A stretch of DNA of 60,531 nt, taken from Actinomycetes bacterium. Lineage in GTDB: Bacteria > Actinomycetota > Thermoleophilia > Solirubrobacterales > Solirubrobacteraceae. The notes beneath the pieces are model-generated. The model was given only the letters and a program-made list of their open reading frames with translations. It had not been told where the DNA came from and did not search any database. Both the position numbers and the translations under genes were made by a program. Location: contig JBAXHG010000001.1 in the NCBI GenBank assembly GCA_037139015.1, positions 1 through 60,531 of the forward strand. The letters are read 5' to 3'. Below, piece after piece: positions 19,243 through 28,479 of this stretch (position 1 is the stretch's first letter; each line of letters begins with the position of its first letter).

Positions 19243-19704
19243 TCAGTCTTCAAGATGATCGTCACGACCCGCAAGCCTGTCGCGGCCACGTTGCACGGCC
19301 GCTGTGAACTTGGTGAGGTTGTCCTCAAGGCTGTGAAGAACGTCGTCCGCGTAATCCTCGGCACCGAGTCGGATCTCGCGCTCACGTGCGCGGGCGTCCT
19401 CGACGATGTCCTCAGCTGCGCGTTCGGCTTCCTTTGTGACTTCCTGCTCAGCAATCAGCTTGTCTTGGCGTTCACGGGCTTCAGCGAGAATCCGCTCAGC
19501 CTCGCGCTTCGCCTCGGCGAGCATTTCCTGCCGCTCCTTCACGATCCAACGAGCTTGCTTGATCTCCTCAGGGATCGTCGCGCGCATCTGATCAAGGAGG
19601 TCATAGATCTCCTCCTTGTCAACGCGCACCTGATCCGTGAGTGGAACCTGCTTTGCGTTGTGAACCAAATCGTCCAGCTTGTCAATCAATACAAGAACAT
19701 CCAT
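19243..19704 (-). CDS. Conserved coiled-coil protein (ATP-synthase-b/DivIVA-like; possibly the actinobacterial SepIVA-type family)
   Basis: 153 aa, heptad-rich and highly charged. N-terminal IDKLDDLVHNAKQVPLTDQVRVDKEEIYDLLDQMRATIPEEI and C-terminal DYADDVLHSLEDNLTKFTAAVQRGRDRL resemble, from memory, the protein encoded next to DUF177 in mycobacteria. The family assignment is an inference. Confidence 0.55.
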   Translation of the reverse strand: MDVLVLIDKLDDLVHNAKQVPLTDQVRVDKEEIYDLLDQMRATIPEEIKQARWIVKERQEMLAEAKREAERILAEARERQDKLIAEQEVTKEAERAAEDIVEDARAREREIRLGAEDYADDVLHSLEDNLTKFTAAVQRGRDRLAGRDDHLED

Positions 19705-19740
19705 TAGGGCTTCCTTTCGATGCCGGAAGTGTTGCGCCTT

Positions 19741-20238
19741 CTAGCGAGAAAGCTCCTGTTGCAAGCGTTCTGCCACAGCGGGCGGTACGAGTCCGTCGAT
19801 TTTGCCACCAAAAGTTGCGAGTTCTTTGATGCCACTGGAACTGATGAAACTGTATTTGGGGGACGCCATCAAGTAAAGCGACTCAATATCGGGAGCCTGG
19901 AGGCGGTTGAGCTGGTTCATCTCAAATTCATATTCAAAGTCTGAGATCGCTCGCAATCCCTTGACGACAGCCTTGGCACCACGCTCTCGGGCAAAGTCAA
20001 CAACCAATGTGGAGAAGGGCTCCGCCGTCACATTGCCGTGATGAGCGGTTGCCTCCGAGATGAAGGCAAGACGCTCGTCAATCGTGAAAAGTGCCTTGGA
20101 CTTTCGAACCGAAAGATTGACGACGGCAACAACAACCTCATCGAACATTTCCGCAGCACGAGCGATCACATCGAGGTGACCGTTGGTGACAGGGTCGTAA
20201 GACCCGGGGCAAATTGCTATTCGGTTATCGGGTGCCAT
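19741..20238 (-). CDS. coaD: Phosphopantetheine adenylyltransferase
   Basis: CPGSYDPVTNGHLDVI (T/HxGH nucleotidyltransferase motif), ISSSGIKE. Confidence 0.95.
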   Translation of the reverse strand: MAPDNRIAICPGSYDPVTNGHLDVIARAAEMFDEVVVAVVNLSVRKSKALFTIDERLAFISEATAHHGNVTAEPFSTLVVDFARERGAKAVVKGLRAISDFEYEFEMNQLNRLQAPDIESLYLMASPKYSFISSSGIKELATFGGKIDGLVPPAVAERLQQELSR

Positions 20239-20767
20239 AGAAGCGGATGAGGGTATCGCCGTAACGCTTTTCGCGCAGTAGCGTCAGTTCGGTCTCCATT
20301 GGATCCTTCACTGAACTCTCACAGATCACAGTAGCCCCTTCGGCCAATACGGGTAGCAGGACGGATGCCAGCCGCTCACCAAGCGCAACAGCATCACGGT
20401 ACGGAGGATCAACCATGACCACGTCAAAGAGGTCGCCGGCAGCTGCGAGTCGTGAGACAGCAACCAACCAATCGGAATGAATCACCCTCACCACCTCGGC
20501 AACATCAAGAATCGCGACGTTGGCATCCAGACAGGACTTTGCCGCACGGTCGGAATCAACAAGAACTGAACTCTCAGCCCCGCGTGAAACGGCCTCAAGA
20601 CCAAATGCCCCCGACCCCGCGAACAGGTCCAAAGCCCGCATTCCGTGCAATGGACCAAGGCTGGAGAAGAGAGCCTCCCGTACACGGTCAGCCGTCGGGC
20701 GGGTAGCCGAGCCCTTGGGCACCGAGATCTTCCGACCTCCGAATTCGCCGCTGATGATTCTCAACAT
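20225..20767 (-). CDS. rsmD: 16S rRNA (guanine966-N2)-methyltransferase RsmD
   Basis: MLRIISGEFGGRKI...TRPTADRVREALF...LDLFAGSGAFGLEA...VDPPY. Start moved to ATG 20767 (M51 of the track ORF), after the recG stop. Confidence 0.85.
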   Translation of the reverse strand: MLRIISGEFGGRKISVPKGSATRPTADRVREALFSSLGPLHGMRALDLFAGSGAFGLEAVSRGAESSVLVDSDRAAKSCLDANVAILDVAEVVRVIHSDWLVAVSRLAAAGDLFDVVMVDPPYRDAVALGERLASVLLPVLAEGATVICESSVKDPMETELTLLREKRYGDTLIRFYGTR

Positions 20768-20774
20768 CTCGTCT

Positions 20775-22922
20775 TCACGCCGCGATGCGGTCCTGAGGTA
20801 AATCCTCATCTGATTTTGAGATGAGGAGCGGCAATAGGGCATGCCGAGGGTCGTCAAAGGCTGGATCTGACTCCAGAACCTCACGGGCGATGCCGTGGGC
20901 AAGTTCGAGAAGTTCAAGATCAGCTGGCAGCTCAGCCGCCTTCAGTCGTGGCAGACCAGACTGACGGACTCCCGTCAGCTCTCCCTCACCGCGCAGCTCA
21001 AGATCCAGCTCCGCAAGGACAAAGCCATCGTGTGATGACTCCATCGCCGCCAAGCGTCTGGCCTTCTTTGGCCCGCAGAGAAGACAGAGGCCAGGCCGCG
21101 CCCCCCGTCCAACCCGCCCGCGCAGCTGATGCAGCTGTGCCAGACCAAATCGTTCGGCATTCTCAACGAGCATTACCGTGGCCTCAGGAACATCCACTCC
21201 AACTTCAATAACAGTCGTGGAGACCAAAACATCCGTTTCTCCGGACGCGAAGGCCCGCATGGCTTCTTCCTTCTCAGCCGGAGACATCCGCCCGTGAAGC
21301 AGCCCAAGCCGGAGGCCCTTAAGCGGCCCCTCTTCTAGACGGTCTTTCTCCTCAACGGCTGCGCTTGCCTCCAGAGTTTCAGAGGACTCCACCAATGGAC
21401 AGACCACAAACGCACGCCCCCCTTCGGACACTTCCTCCCTGATCCGCTCATAGGCTCTGCTGCGCGCAGCCTCGCCAGTGACGATGTGCGTTTCGATTGG
21501 ACTTCGACCGGCAGGTAGCTCGCGGATCCTGAGTGTCTGAAGATCCCCGTATGCAGCAAGAGCAAGGGTTCTGGGAATAGGAGTCGCGGTCATGTGAAGA
21601 ATGTGCGGTTGGGTTCCCGAAGGGCCCTTGGATGCCAGACGCTCACGCTGACGGACACCGAAACGATGTTGTTCGTCGACAACACACAGCGCAAGCCGGG
21701 CCGGTCTTACATCAGGCTCAATCAGTGCGTGAGTCCCGACCAGAATGGATAGCTCGCCAGACTCAAAACGGTCAAGCAGCTCCCTTCTCTGCTTCGCGGA
21801 GGTGGACCCTGTGAGGAGGGAGAACGAGACGGGAGAGCCGCCCAGGAGCATCTCGATGCTCCTCATGTGTTGATTGGCAAGAGTCTCAGTTGGCGCCATG
21901 AGCAGCCCCTGGCCACCGCACTCCACAGCCCGAAGCAGAGCGTAAAGCGCCACAACTGTCTTGCCCGAACCAACCTCTCCCATCAGCAGCCTGGTCATGG
22001 GAGTGTTTCCTCCCAGCTCCGTCCGGATCGTGTCAATTGCGGATCGCTGATCGGATGTGAGGTCGAATGGCAGCTGTTCAATCCAAGCCTCAGTCATCTG
22101 CGTTTCTCCTCCGAGAGCGAACGCGGGAGCGCTACCGGAAAGACGCATGCGCCGGGTCATCAGTTCCAGTTGAAGCCCCAATAGCTCATCAAAGGCCAGC
22201 CGTCGCCTTGCTGTCTCGTAGGCCTCCTCCGAGGCAGGAAAGTGAATCGCGTCAATCGCCGCCCCCTTCTCAGCCAAGCCGTTTCCAGACAGCAGAGCGG
22301 CCCACAGTTCATCTGGAAGCTCCGAAACAGACCCCCTCTCGGCGGCTGCAAGCTCCCGGATTCGCCTTGGCTGGAGCCCCTCCGAGGCTGGGTGAACAGG
22401 AACGATCCCCAAAGCGCCTGTAGCTTCAGCGCTTCCCGCCCCGCCAATCTCATGCTCCGCCACACGAAACTTGGTGCGACCCTCATATTTCCCGTGAAGA
22501 ACAAGTCGTGTCCCAGGAGCCAGCTTCTTGGCCAGCCACGGTTGGTTGAACCAGACAGCCTCCAGCGGCCCAGTGCTGTCGGCAACTGCCGCGACGGTGA
22601 GAGTCAGGCCCTTGCGATTCCACGCCTTGCGTGTGGTGACAGAACGCACCTCGACCTCAACCGTCGCATCCTGACCAGATTTCAGCTGGCCGACCGTAAC
22701 GACCTCGCCCCTGTCGACATGTCTGTGCGGATAGTGCACGAGGAGGTCACCCACTGAGAGAAGGCCCAGCGCTTGGGCCCCGGCTATCGCCTTGGCTCCT
22801 TTCAACGGCAGCTCCCGAGACAGCCTCGAAGGACGTGGAGGGCGCCAATCCGCGGACAGAAGATCGGCACGGTCGGGGATTTCCGTGGCGGCAAATCTGG
22901 AAGGAGGATCTACAAGTTTCAC
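20775..22922 (-). CDS. recG: ATP-dependent DNA helicase RecG
   Basis: Wedge/OB N-terminus, helicase motifs GEVGSGKT, VDEQHRFG, MTATPIPRT, QLHQLRGRVGRG. GTG start. Confidence 0.95.
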   Translation of the reverse strand: MKLVDPPSRFAATEIPDRADLLSADWRPPRPSRLSRELPLKGAKAIAGAQALGLLSVGDLLVHYPHRHVDRGEVVTVGQLKSGQDATVEVEVRSVTTRKAWNRKGLTLTVAAVADSTGPLEAVWFNQPWLAKKLAPGTRLVLHGKYEGRTKFRVAEHEIGGAGSAEATGALGIVPVHPASEGLQPRRIRELAAAERGSVSELPDELWAALLSGNGLAEKGAAIDAIHFPASEEAYETARRRLAFDELLGLQLELMTRRMRLSGSAPAFALGGETQMTEAWIEQLPFDLTSDQRSAIDTIRTELGGNTPMTRLLMGEVGSGKTVVALYALLRAVECGGQGLLMAPTETLANQHMRSIEMLLGGSPVSFSLLTGSTSAKQRRELLDRFESGELSILVGTHALIEPDVRPARLALCVVDEQHRFGVRQRERLASKGPSGTQPHILHMTATPIPRTLALAAYGDLQTLRIRELPAGRSPIETHIVTGEAARSRAYERIREEVSEGGRAFVVCPLVESSETLEASAAVEEKDRLEEGPLKGLRLGLLHGRMSPAEKEEAMRAFASGETDVLVSTTVIEVGVDVPEATVMLVENAERFGLAQLHQLRGRVGRGARPGLCLLCGPKKARRLAAMESSHDGFVLAELDLELRGEGELTGVRQSGLPRLKAAELPADLELLELAHGIAREVLESDPAFDDPRHALLPLLISKSDEDLPQDRIAA

Positions 22923-22971
22923 TGCCCGTCGGAGCTAAGTCTGCCGTGCGGGACGGCGGCTCCGTGTTTCC

Positions 22972-24642
22972 CTACTCGGCTGTAAACAGCACCCACCAAC
23001 CTGGATGGTCAGCGGTTACATGCTCAATGTCTTCAAATCTCGGTTCAACAAGAGCTTTGAGTTCCCCGTCATAAGGCGAAGTGGTGCCTTCAATGACTGT
23101 CAGAATCTCCACATCCGCGGGAAGCCCATCCAGCACGCCCACAAGGGCTGTCTGAGGCGTACCCCAGCTGATCAGCTCCCCGTTCACAAAGCCAACTGCC
23201 TCTCCCGTGGAATAACGGCCGGCCGGATCATCCTTCTCAGCAGGAGCCAACCCAGCGGTTGTGACCTGGAGGAGCGCCTCGCGTATTGAGCTCGCATTGT
23301 CCTCAGCTGAGGACGACGTGTAGTGATGGTGGAGAATGGCAAGCCCTTCCTGCACTGTGGCTGTCTCCACTATCTCCACGATGCGACCAGTCAACTCCGC
23401 AGCCTTCACGGCGGCCGGAGTCACATTGTTTGAGCCTGTAAGGAGGACCAGTTCCTCTACCGGGGCAGAGTGGATCGCATCCAGCAGCTCTTCAGTGGAA
23501 GGGTTAAGCGACTCCCCGCTGTTGAGCACGACCACCGACGTGTCGCGCTCAAAAAGCTCAGCCATGGAGTCACCGGATACAACCGCGAGCACGAGCGAGC
23601 GAGCATCCCTCAGGCGGCGCGTACGCGCGTCGATCTGGGCGAGCATGTCCGCAACCTCCACGTCGCGCAGCTCACCTGCCCCAGCGAACACGCTCTCCAC
23701 TGCAGTCCGATCATCTGAGTGGATGTGAACACGAAGCACAGAAGCCGACCGACTCCCCACGACCATCAGGCTGTCGCCAAGTGCCTCAAGCTGGGGAATG
23801 TAATCCTCGCGGTTGAGCCCATCTCCAACGACGGCGAAGTTAACGCAGTAGCGGAACGTCGTCGACGCGTGTGAGGTCTGACGAGGCTTCTCCCGTGGAG
23901 CAACATGGTGGTGAACATCAGGAACAGCGCCTTGTCTGAGAGCGGACACTATTCCGGCGAAAATCACGACAAGGCCGTATCCACCCGCATCAGCCGTAAC
24001 GCCGAATTCGTTCAGCTCCGGCAGCAAGTCCGGTCCGCGCTCAACCGATTCATCCCCGGCACGCACGGCCGCTTCCAGCGACGCCGCAAGGACCGCGTTC
24101 TGGGTCTCCTCGTCGACATCGTCTGGCATCGGAGCGGAAGTGTCCTCATCCACAACGCTGAGAAGCCGCTTTGCCATGTCGTCAATCACGGTCAGGATCG
24201 TTCCCTCCCGAGGGTCAGCAACCGAACGGCGGGCCTGCTCTGACGCCCTGTTGAGAGCCTGAGCGAGCATCAGCGGATCCACCGGCTTGTCATCGTCGAT
24301 CATGACCTCTGCGGCCCCGTGGATCAGCTGGGAAAGGATGACGCCGCTGTTTCCGCGTCCACCCAGAAGCGCTGCGTTCGTAACGGCGTCCACGACCTCC
24401 GCCCTGCCCACCGCATCCAGGGAGCCCTCCCCCTGCCGTTCAATCAGACGGTCAAGTTCCTGCAGAACGCTTTGAAGCGTCCTGACCATGTTGTCGCCCG
24501 TATCGCCATCGGCGACCGGAAAGACGTTGAGATCGTTGATCTCTTCGCGGCGAGCATCAAGCTGAACAATTGCGGCTGCGACAACCGTTCGGAAACGGCT
24601 TAGAGAGCGGTCTTGACTGGACACTTGGTCCAAGGGGACCAA
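22972..24642 (-). CDS. DAK2 domain-containing protein (YloV-type DAK2/DegV-like fusion)
   Basis: N-terminal VFPVADGDTGDNM ... GGRGNSGVILSQL is the Dak2 phosphatase-domain signature. Conserved position upstream of recG. Confidence 0.85.
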   Translation of the reverse strand: MVPLDQVSSQDRSLSRFRTVVAAAIVQLDARREEINDLNVFPVADGDTGDNMVRTLQSVLQELDRLIERQGEGSLDAVGRAEVVDAVTNAALLGGRGNSGVILSQLIHGAAEVMIDDDKPVDPLMLAQALNRASEQARRSVADPREGTILTVIDDMAKRLLSVVDEDTSAPMPDDVDEETQNAVLAASLEAAVRAGDESVERGPDLLPELNEFGVTADAGGYGLVVIFAGIVSALRQGAVPDVHHHVAPREKPRQTSHASTTFRYCVNFAVVGDGLNREDYIPQLEALGDSLMVVGSRSASVLRVHIHSDDRTAVESVFAGAGELRDVEVADMLAQIDARTRRLRDARSLVLAVVSGDSMAELFERDTSVVVLNSGESLNPSTEELLDAIHSAPVEELVLLTGSNNVTPAAVKAAELTGRIVEIVETATVQEGLAILHHHYTSSSAEDNASSIREALLQVTTAGLAPAEKDDPAGRYSTGEAVGFVNGELISWGTPQTALVGVLDGLPADVEILTVIEGTTSPYDGELKALVEPRFEDIEHVTADHPGWWVLFTAE

Positions 24643-24646
24643 GCCG

Positions 24647-24850
24647 TCAGGCGGCCTTTTTGACCTTGCCGGCCTTCAGGCAGCGGGTGCAGACGTGCAC
24701 GCGACGGGGAGTTCCTCCGTCATTGATCCGGACACGCTGAAGGTTCGCGTCGAAACGACGACGCGTTGCTCGCATTGAGTGACTGCGGCTGTTCCCGAAG
24801 GCTGGGCCTTTCGAGCAGACGTGACAGATTCTTGCCATGGGAGGAAGCAT
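24647..24850 (-). CDS. rpmB: 50S ribosomal protein L28 (Zn-binding C+ form)
   Basis: MARICHVCSKGPAFGNSRSHSMRATRRRFDANLQRVR...CTRCLKAGKV. The canonical alignment starts at ATG 24838. The upstream ATG 24850 has the better SD (GGTGGG), so the start is ambiguous. Confidence 0.9.
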   Translation of the reverse strand: MLPPMARICHVCSKGPAFGNSRSHSMRATRRRFDANLQRVRINDGGTPRRVHVCTRCLKAGKVKKAA

Positions 24851-24882
24851 ACATGCCCACCGCCCAGACGGGCGTTCCGGGG

Positions 24883-25326
24883 TCAGGAATACAGACGGTC
24901 AGTGATGGCAAGCTGAGCCAGTACGGCCTCCGCTGCGTGCCGCCCACTGTCCCGTTTGTCCCCACCGGAGCGGGAGATTGCCTGTTCCATGCTGTCAACA
25001 GTCAGCACGCCAAAGCCGCACGGAACGCCGGTTTCAAGACCAACATTGAGGATTCCCCTCGCGGATTCTGAACAGACAAAGTCGTAGTGATCGGTCTCGC
25101 CACGTATAACCGCGCCGACACAGATGATCCCTACGTAGTTGAGCGACAGGGCAACCTGTCTGGCGGCAAGCGGCAGTTCAAACGCCCCTGGCACACGAAA
25201 CTCATCAATCAGTTCCACCCCAGCCTCAGTCAGGCACGCCCTTGCCCCGGCTGTGAGGCGCTCGGCCAAGTCGGCGTAGAAGTCTGCCGCGATGATGGCG
25301 AAGCGACTGTCGGCGAAGTCAGTCAC
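24883..25326 (-). CDS. ribH: 6,7-dimethyl-8-ribityllumazine synthase
   Basis: [25 protein letters not shown] and G.K..G..AA blocks. Confidence 0.95.
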   Translation of the reverse strand: MTDFADSRFAIIAADFYADLAERLTAGARACLTEAGVELIDEFRVPGAFELPLAARQVALSLNYVGIICVGAVIRGETDHYDFVCSESARGILNVGLETGVPCGFGVLTVDSMEQAISRSGGDKRDSGRHAAEAVLAQLAITDRLYS

Positions 25327-26594
25327 TCCGTCTCCTTCACAGGATTATCAGCCGCGGAGAGAAGCTCGTTATCCACTGCGAGCCCCTGATGGTGAAGGGT
25401 GTGTCCCATGCGCTCTTCCTTGGCGCGAAGATAGGCCTCATTGTGTGGGTTTGAGCTGGCCACAATCGGCACCTGATCAGCAACCGAAAGCCCATAGCCC
25501 TCTAGTCCGATGATCTTCTTCGGGTTGTTTGTGAGAATTCTGATGCTGCTGAGGCCAAGATCGGTAAGGATTTGCGCTCCGATGCCATAGTCCCGAAGGT
25601 CAGCCGGCAGACCGAGCTTGAGGTTCGCCTCAACCGTGTCAAAACCCTGTTCCTGAAGCTTGTAAGCCTTCAACTTGTTAAGCAGACCAATCCCCCGGCC
25701 TTCCTGGCTGAGGTAGAGAAGCACTCCAGTGCCCTCGCCTTCGATCATCGCCAGAGCAGACTCAAGCTGCTCGCCACAGTCACACCTGAGCGAGTGAAAT
25801 ACATCTCCTGTCAGGCACTCCGAGTGGACGCGGACAAGCACGTTCTCCTTGTTGGCGACCTCGCCCTTGACCATGGCCACATGGTGTTTTCCGTCAACCA
25901 GACTCCTGTAGCCGACGCACTGAAAATCCCCAAACCCAGTTGGAAGAGCGGTTGAGACGACGCGTTCAACAAGCCTGTCGTTACGCCTTCTGTACGCAAT
26001 CAGGTCCTGGATGGTGATCATCTTGAGCCCGTGTCGTGAGCCATAGCCAATGAGATCATCAACCCGGGCCATAGACCCATCGTCGTTAACGATCTCGCAG
26101 ATGACGCCCGCCGGATTGGCTCCAGCAAGGCGAGCCAGATCAACTGACGCCTCAGTATGCCCGGCACGCTCCAACACGCCACCAGATTTGGACTTCAGTG
26201 GGAACAGGTGGCCACCGTGGATCAGATCATCCGGACGCGTGTCGTCGGAGATCGCAACCTGAATCGTGTGAGAGCGCTCAGCTGGTGAGATGCCAGTCGT
26301 TGTTCCATGCCTTGCATCAATTGCCACGGTGAAGGCGGTCTTGAGCGGATCTTCATTCTTGGCAGCTTGGAGCTCCAAGCCCAATGAATCGCAGCGTTCG
26401 GGGGTCAGAGCCAGACAGACAAGGCCCCTGGCTTCCCTGATCATGAAATTAATGGCCTCGGGGCTGGCGAACTCGGCCGCAATGACCAGATCGCCCTCAT
26501 TTTCGCGATCTTCGTCGTCGCAGACGATGACCATCTTTCCAACACGGATGTCCTCGATGGCTTCTTCGATTGTTGAAAATGGCTGTTCGGTCAT
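25323..26594 (-). CDS. ribBA: Bifunctional 3,4-dihydroxy-2-butanone-4-phosphate synthase / GTP cyclohydrolase II
   Basis: DHBP synthase half ([24 protein letters not shown]) and GCH-II half ([37 protein letters not shown]). Confidence 0.95.
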   Translation of the reverse strand: MTEQPFSTIEEAIEDIRVGKMVIVCDDEDRENEGDLVIAAEFASPEAINFMIREARGLVCLALTPERCDSLGLELQAAKNEDPLKTAFTVAIDARHGTTTGISPAERSHTIQVAISDDTRPDDLIHGGHLFPLKSKSGGVLERAGHTEASVDLARLAGANPAGVICEIVNDDGSMARVDDLIGYGSRHGLKMITIQDLIAYRRRNDRLVERVVSTALPTGFGDFQCVGYRSLVDGKHHVAMVKGEVANKENVLVRVHSECLTGDVFHSLRCDCGEQLESALAMIEGEGTGVLLYLSQEGRGIGLLNKLKAYKLQEQGFDTVEANLKLGLPADLRDYGIGAQILTDLGLSSIRILTNNPKKIIGLEGYGLSVADQVPIVASSNPHNEAYLRAKEERMGHTLHHQGLAVDNELLSAADNPVKETE

Positions 26595-26609
26595 AGGTCT
26601 CAGGCTCGC

Positions 26610-27209
26610 TTAGTTGGGGCTGTTCAACTTCTCTACGTACTTCGCAAGGATGTCGACTTCCAAGTTCACACGCATTCCCACCTCAGCGGAACCGATGCGC
26701 GTTCGTTCGCAGGTCTCCGGGATCAGCCAGACATCAAAGCCGTCCTCACGCACTTCGGCGAGCGTAAGGGAAACACCATCAAGGGCAATTGAACCTTTGG
26801 GAACCATGTAGCGCATCAGGTCAGATGGAGCCTCAACAGAAACCACCAGGGCGTTGCCGTCCGGTTTGGTTGCGCTGACAGTGCCCACGCCATCAACGTG
26901 CCCTTGAACGATGTGCCCGCCAAGCCTTCCATCCGCGCGAAGGGCGCGCTCGAGATTCACCACACCCCCAGGCTCAATGTCACCAAGCGACGACCGGTCC
27001 AGAGTTACAGCCATCGCGTCAGCAGAGAAGGTTCCATTGCCCGGGTTCATGGCTGTAAGGCAGACGCCATTGACCGCAACGGAATCCCCAGCTTGGAGTT
27101 CGTCGGCAAAGGAGGCAGAGATGACCAACTGGGCTCCCCCCTCCGATTCGGGAAGACGCTCAGCAATGGTTCCCAGCTCCTCGATCAATCCTGTAAACAC
27201 GCCTACCAC
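26610..27209 (-). CDS. ribE: Riboflavin synthase alpha chain
   Basis: FTGLIEELGT start and duplicated lumazine-binding repeats (GDSVAVNGVCLT / GSIALDGVSLT). The start may be the GTG at 27200. Confidence 0.9.
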   Translation of the reverse strand: MVGVFTGLIEELGTIAERLPESEGGAQLVISASFADELQAGDSVAVNGVCLTAMNPGNGTFSADAMAVTLDRSSLGDIEPGGVVNLERALRADGRLGGHIVQGHVDGVGTVSATKPDGNALVVSVEAPSDLMRYMVPKGSIALDGVSLTLAEVREDGFDVWLIPETCERTRIGSAEVGMRVNLEVDILAKYVEKLNSPN

Positions 27210-28333
27210 TCTCGCAGTCGTGACGTGAGGAGGAGGTCTTCCCCAACCTGCTGAACCGAAGGCGTCGTAAACCGCAGCGCATCGGCGACCGTCTCGCTAC
27301 CCGAGCCCTCAAAAGGATCGCGGGCAGCGTGGGCACCAAAAAGCATTGGTGCCATAAAGACCCGAAGTTCATCCAGCTCCCGAGCGTCGAGGAACGCTCC
27401 GTTAAGTTTCGGCCCGCCCTCCAGAAGGATTGAGGTGATGCCCTGCTCGCCGAGCTGTTCCATTGCGGATGTAACACGGGCAGCTTCGTTCTCACCAGTT
27501 GCCACGAGTACGTCCACCCCCGATGCCTCCAATGCGTTTACCTGACCCCGTTCAGCGGCACGTCCAACGACAACCGTCAAAGGGGCCAGATCAAGAGTTG
27601 CAATCAGTCGTGAGTCAAGTGGCAGCCGGCCCGACGAATCGAAGAGGACCCGTCGCGGCTGACGGGGAGACTTGACATCGCCATCCCTGGAAGTAAGCGC
27701 AGGATCGTCGGCAAGTGCCGTACCTATTCCAACCGCCACCGCGTCAACATCTGACCTCCAAGCGTGTACGAGAGCCCGGCTGGCGTCACCACTGATCCAC
27801 TTTGAATCACCTGACGCCGATGAGACTTTTCCGTCCATCGACATCGCAACCTTGGAAAGAACCCATGGCAGTCCGGTTCGAGAGTGCTTGCGAAATGGCT
27901 GGTTCAGATCAATGGCCTGCTGACGAATCGCGCCATCAGCCACGTCGACCTGAATACCGTCATCTCTCAGGATTCCGAGGCCGCGCCCGCTCGCCTTTTC
28001 GCTCGGATCATCTGATGCGACTACGACGCGTGTGAGGCCAGCGTTGCGGATCGCGTCGGTGCAAGGGGGGGTTCTCCCCTGATGACAGCAGGGCTCAAGG
28101 GAGACATAAATTGTGGCTCCAGCCGTCGCCTCGTTTCCTCCGGACGCCTCAATTGCTGCCACCTCAGCGTGCACACCGCCAAGTTGGGCATGCCAACCTT
28201 CTCCAAGGATTTGACCATCCCGAACCACGACAGCGCCAACCAGCGGGTTGGGACTAACCCTGCCACGCCCCCGTTCAGCAAGCGCAAGAGCCATTGAAAG
28301 AAAGTCGAGATCGGTCGAAGAGAGAGCAGCCAT
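27203..28333 (-). CDS. ribD: Bifunctional riboflavin-biosynthesis deaminase/reductase RibD
   Basis: Deaminase HAEVAAI...EPCCHQGRTPPC and reductase domain G.PWV..K.A.S.DGK. Start moved to ATG 28333 (GGAGGAG immediately upstream); the track ORF extends 34 codons into the leader. Confidence 0.9.
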   Translation of the reverse strand: MAALSSTDLDFLSMALALAERGRGRVSPNPLVGAVVVRDGQILGEGWHAQLGGVHAEVAAIEASGGNEATAGATIYVSLEPCCHQGRTPPCTDAIRNAGLTRVVVASDDPSEKASGRGLGILRDDGIQVDVADGAIRQQAIDLNQPFRKHSRTGLPWVLSKVAMSMDGKVSSASGDSKWISGDASRALVHAWRSDVDAVAVGIGTALADDPALTSRDGDVKSPRQPRRVLFDSSGRLPLDSRLIATLDLAPLTVVVGRAAERGQVNALEASGVDVLVATGENEAARVTSAMEQLGEQGITSILLEGGPKLNGAFLDARELDELRVFMAPMLFGAHAARDPFEGSGSETVADALRFTTPSVQQVGEDLLLTSRLREW

Positions 28334-28479
28334 CTCCTCCGAGGATACGACGCGGCAGCCTCTTCCAGACCCGCGCCTACCCGTTGCGCACCACGCAGGG
28401 GCACGCCCGGCTGAGCCACGCGCCCGCAGCCGCAAGTATTCTCGCCTTTCGGAGGGACGTGCCCCCCAATTTTAGAGCC
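28334..28479 (-). promoter_or_regulatory. rib-operon leader and divergent promoter region; possible degenerate FMN (RFN) riboswitch, not confirmed
   Basis: A 146-nt GC-rich spacer of the right size and position for an RFN element. Only the 3' part (..CAACGGGUAGGCGCGGGUCUGGAAGAGGC..) loosely resembles the conserved ..CGACGGUGAAAGUCCGGAUGGGAGGC.. block. I could not find the GGGUGAAAUUCCC/ACCGGCGGU core. Confidence 0.2.
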
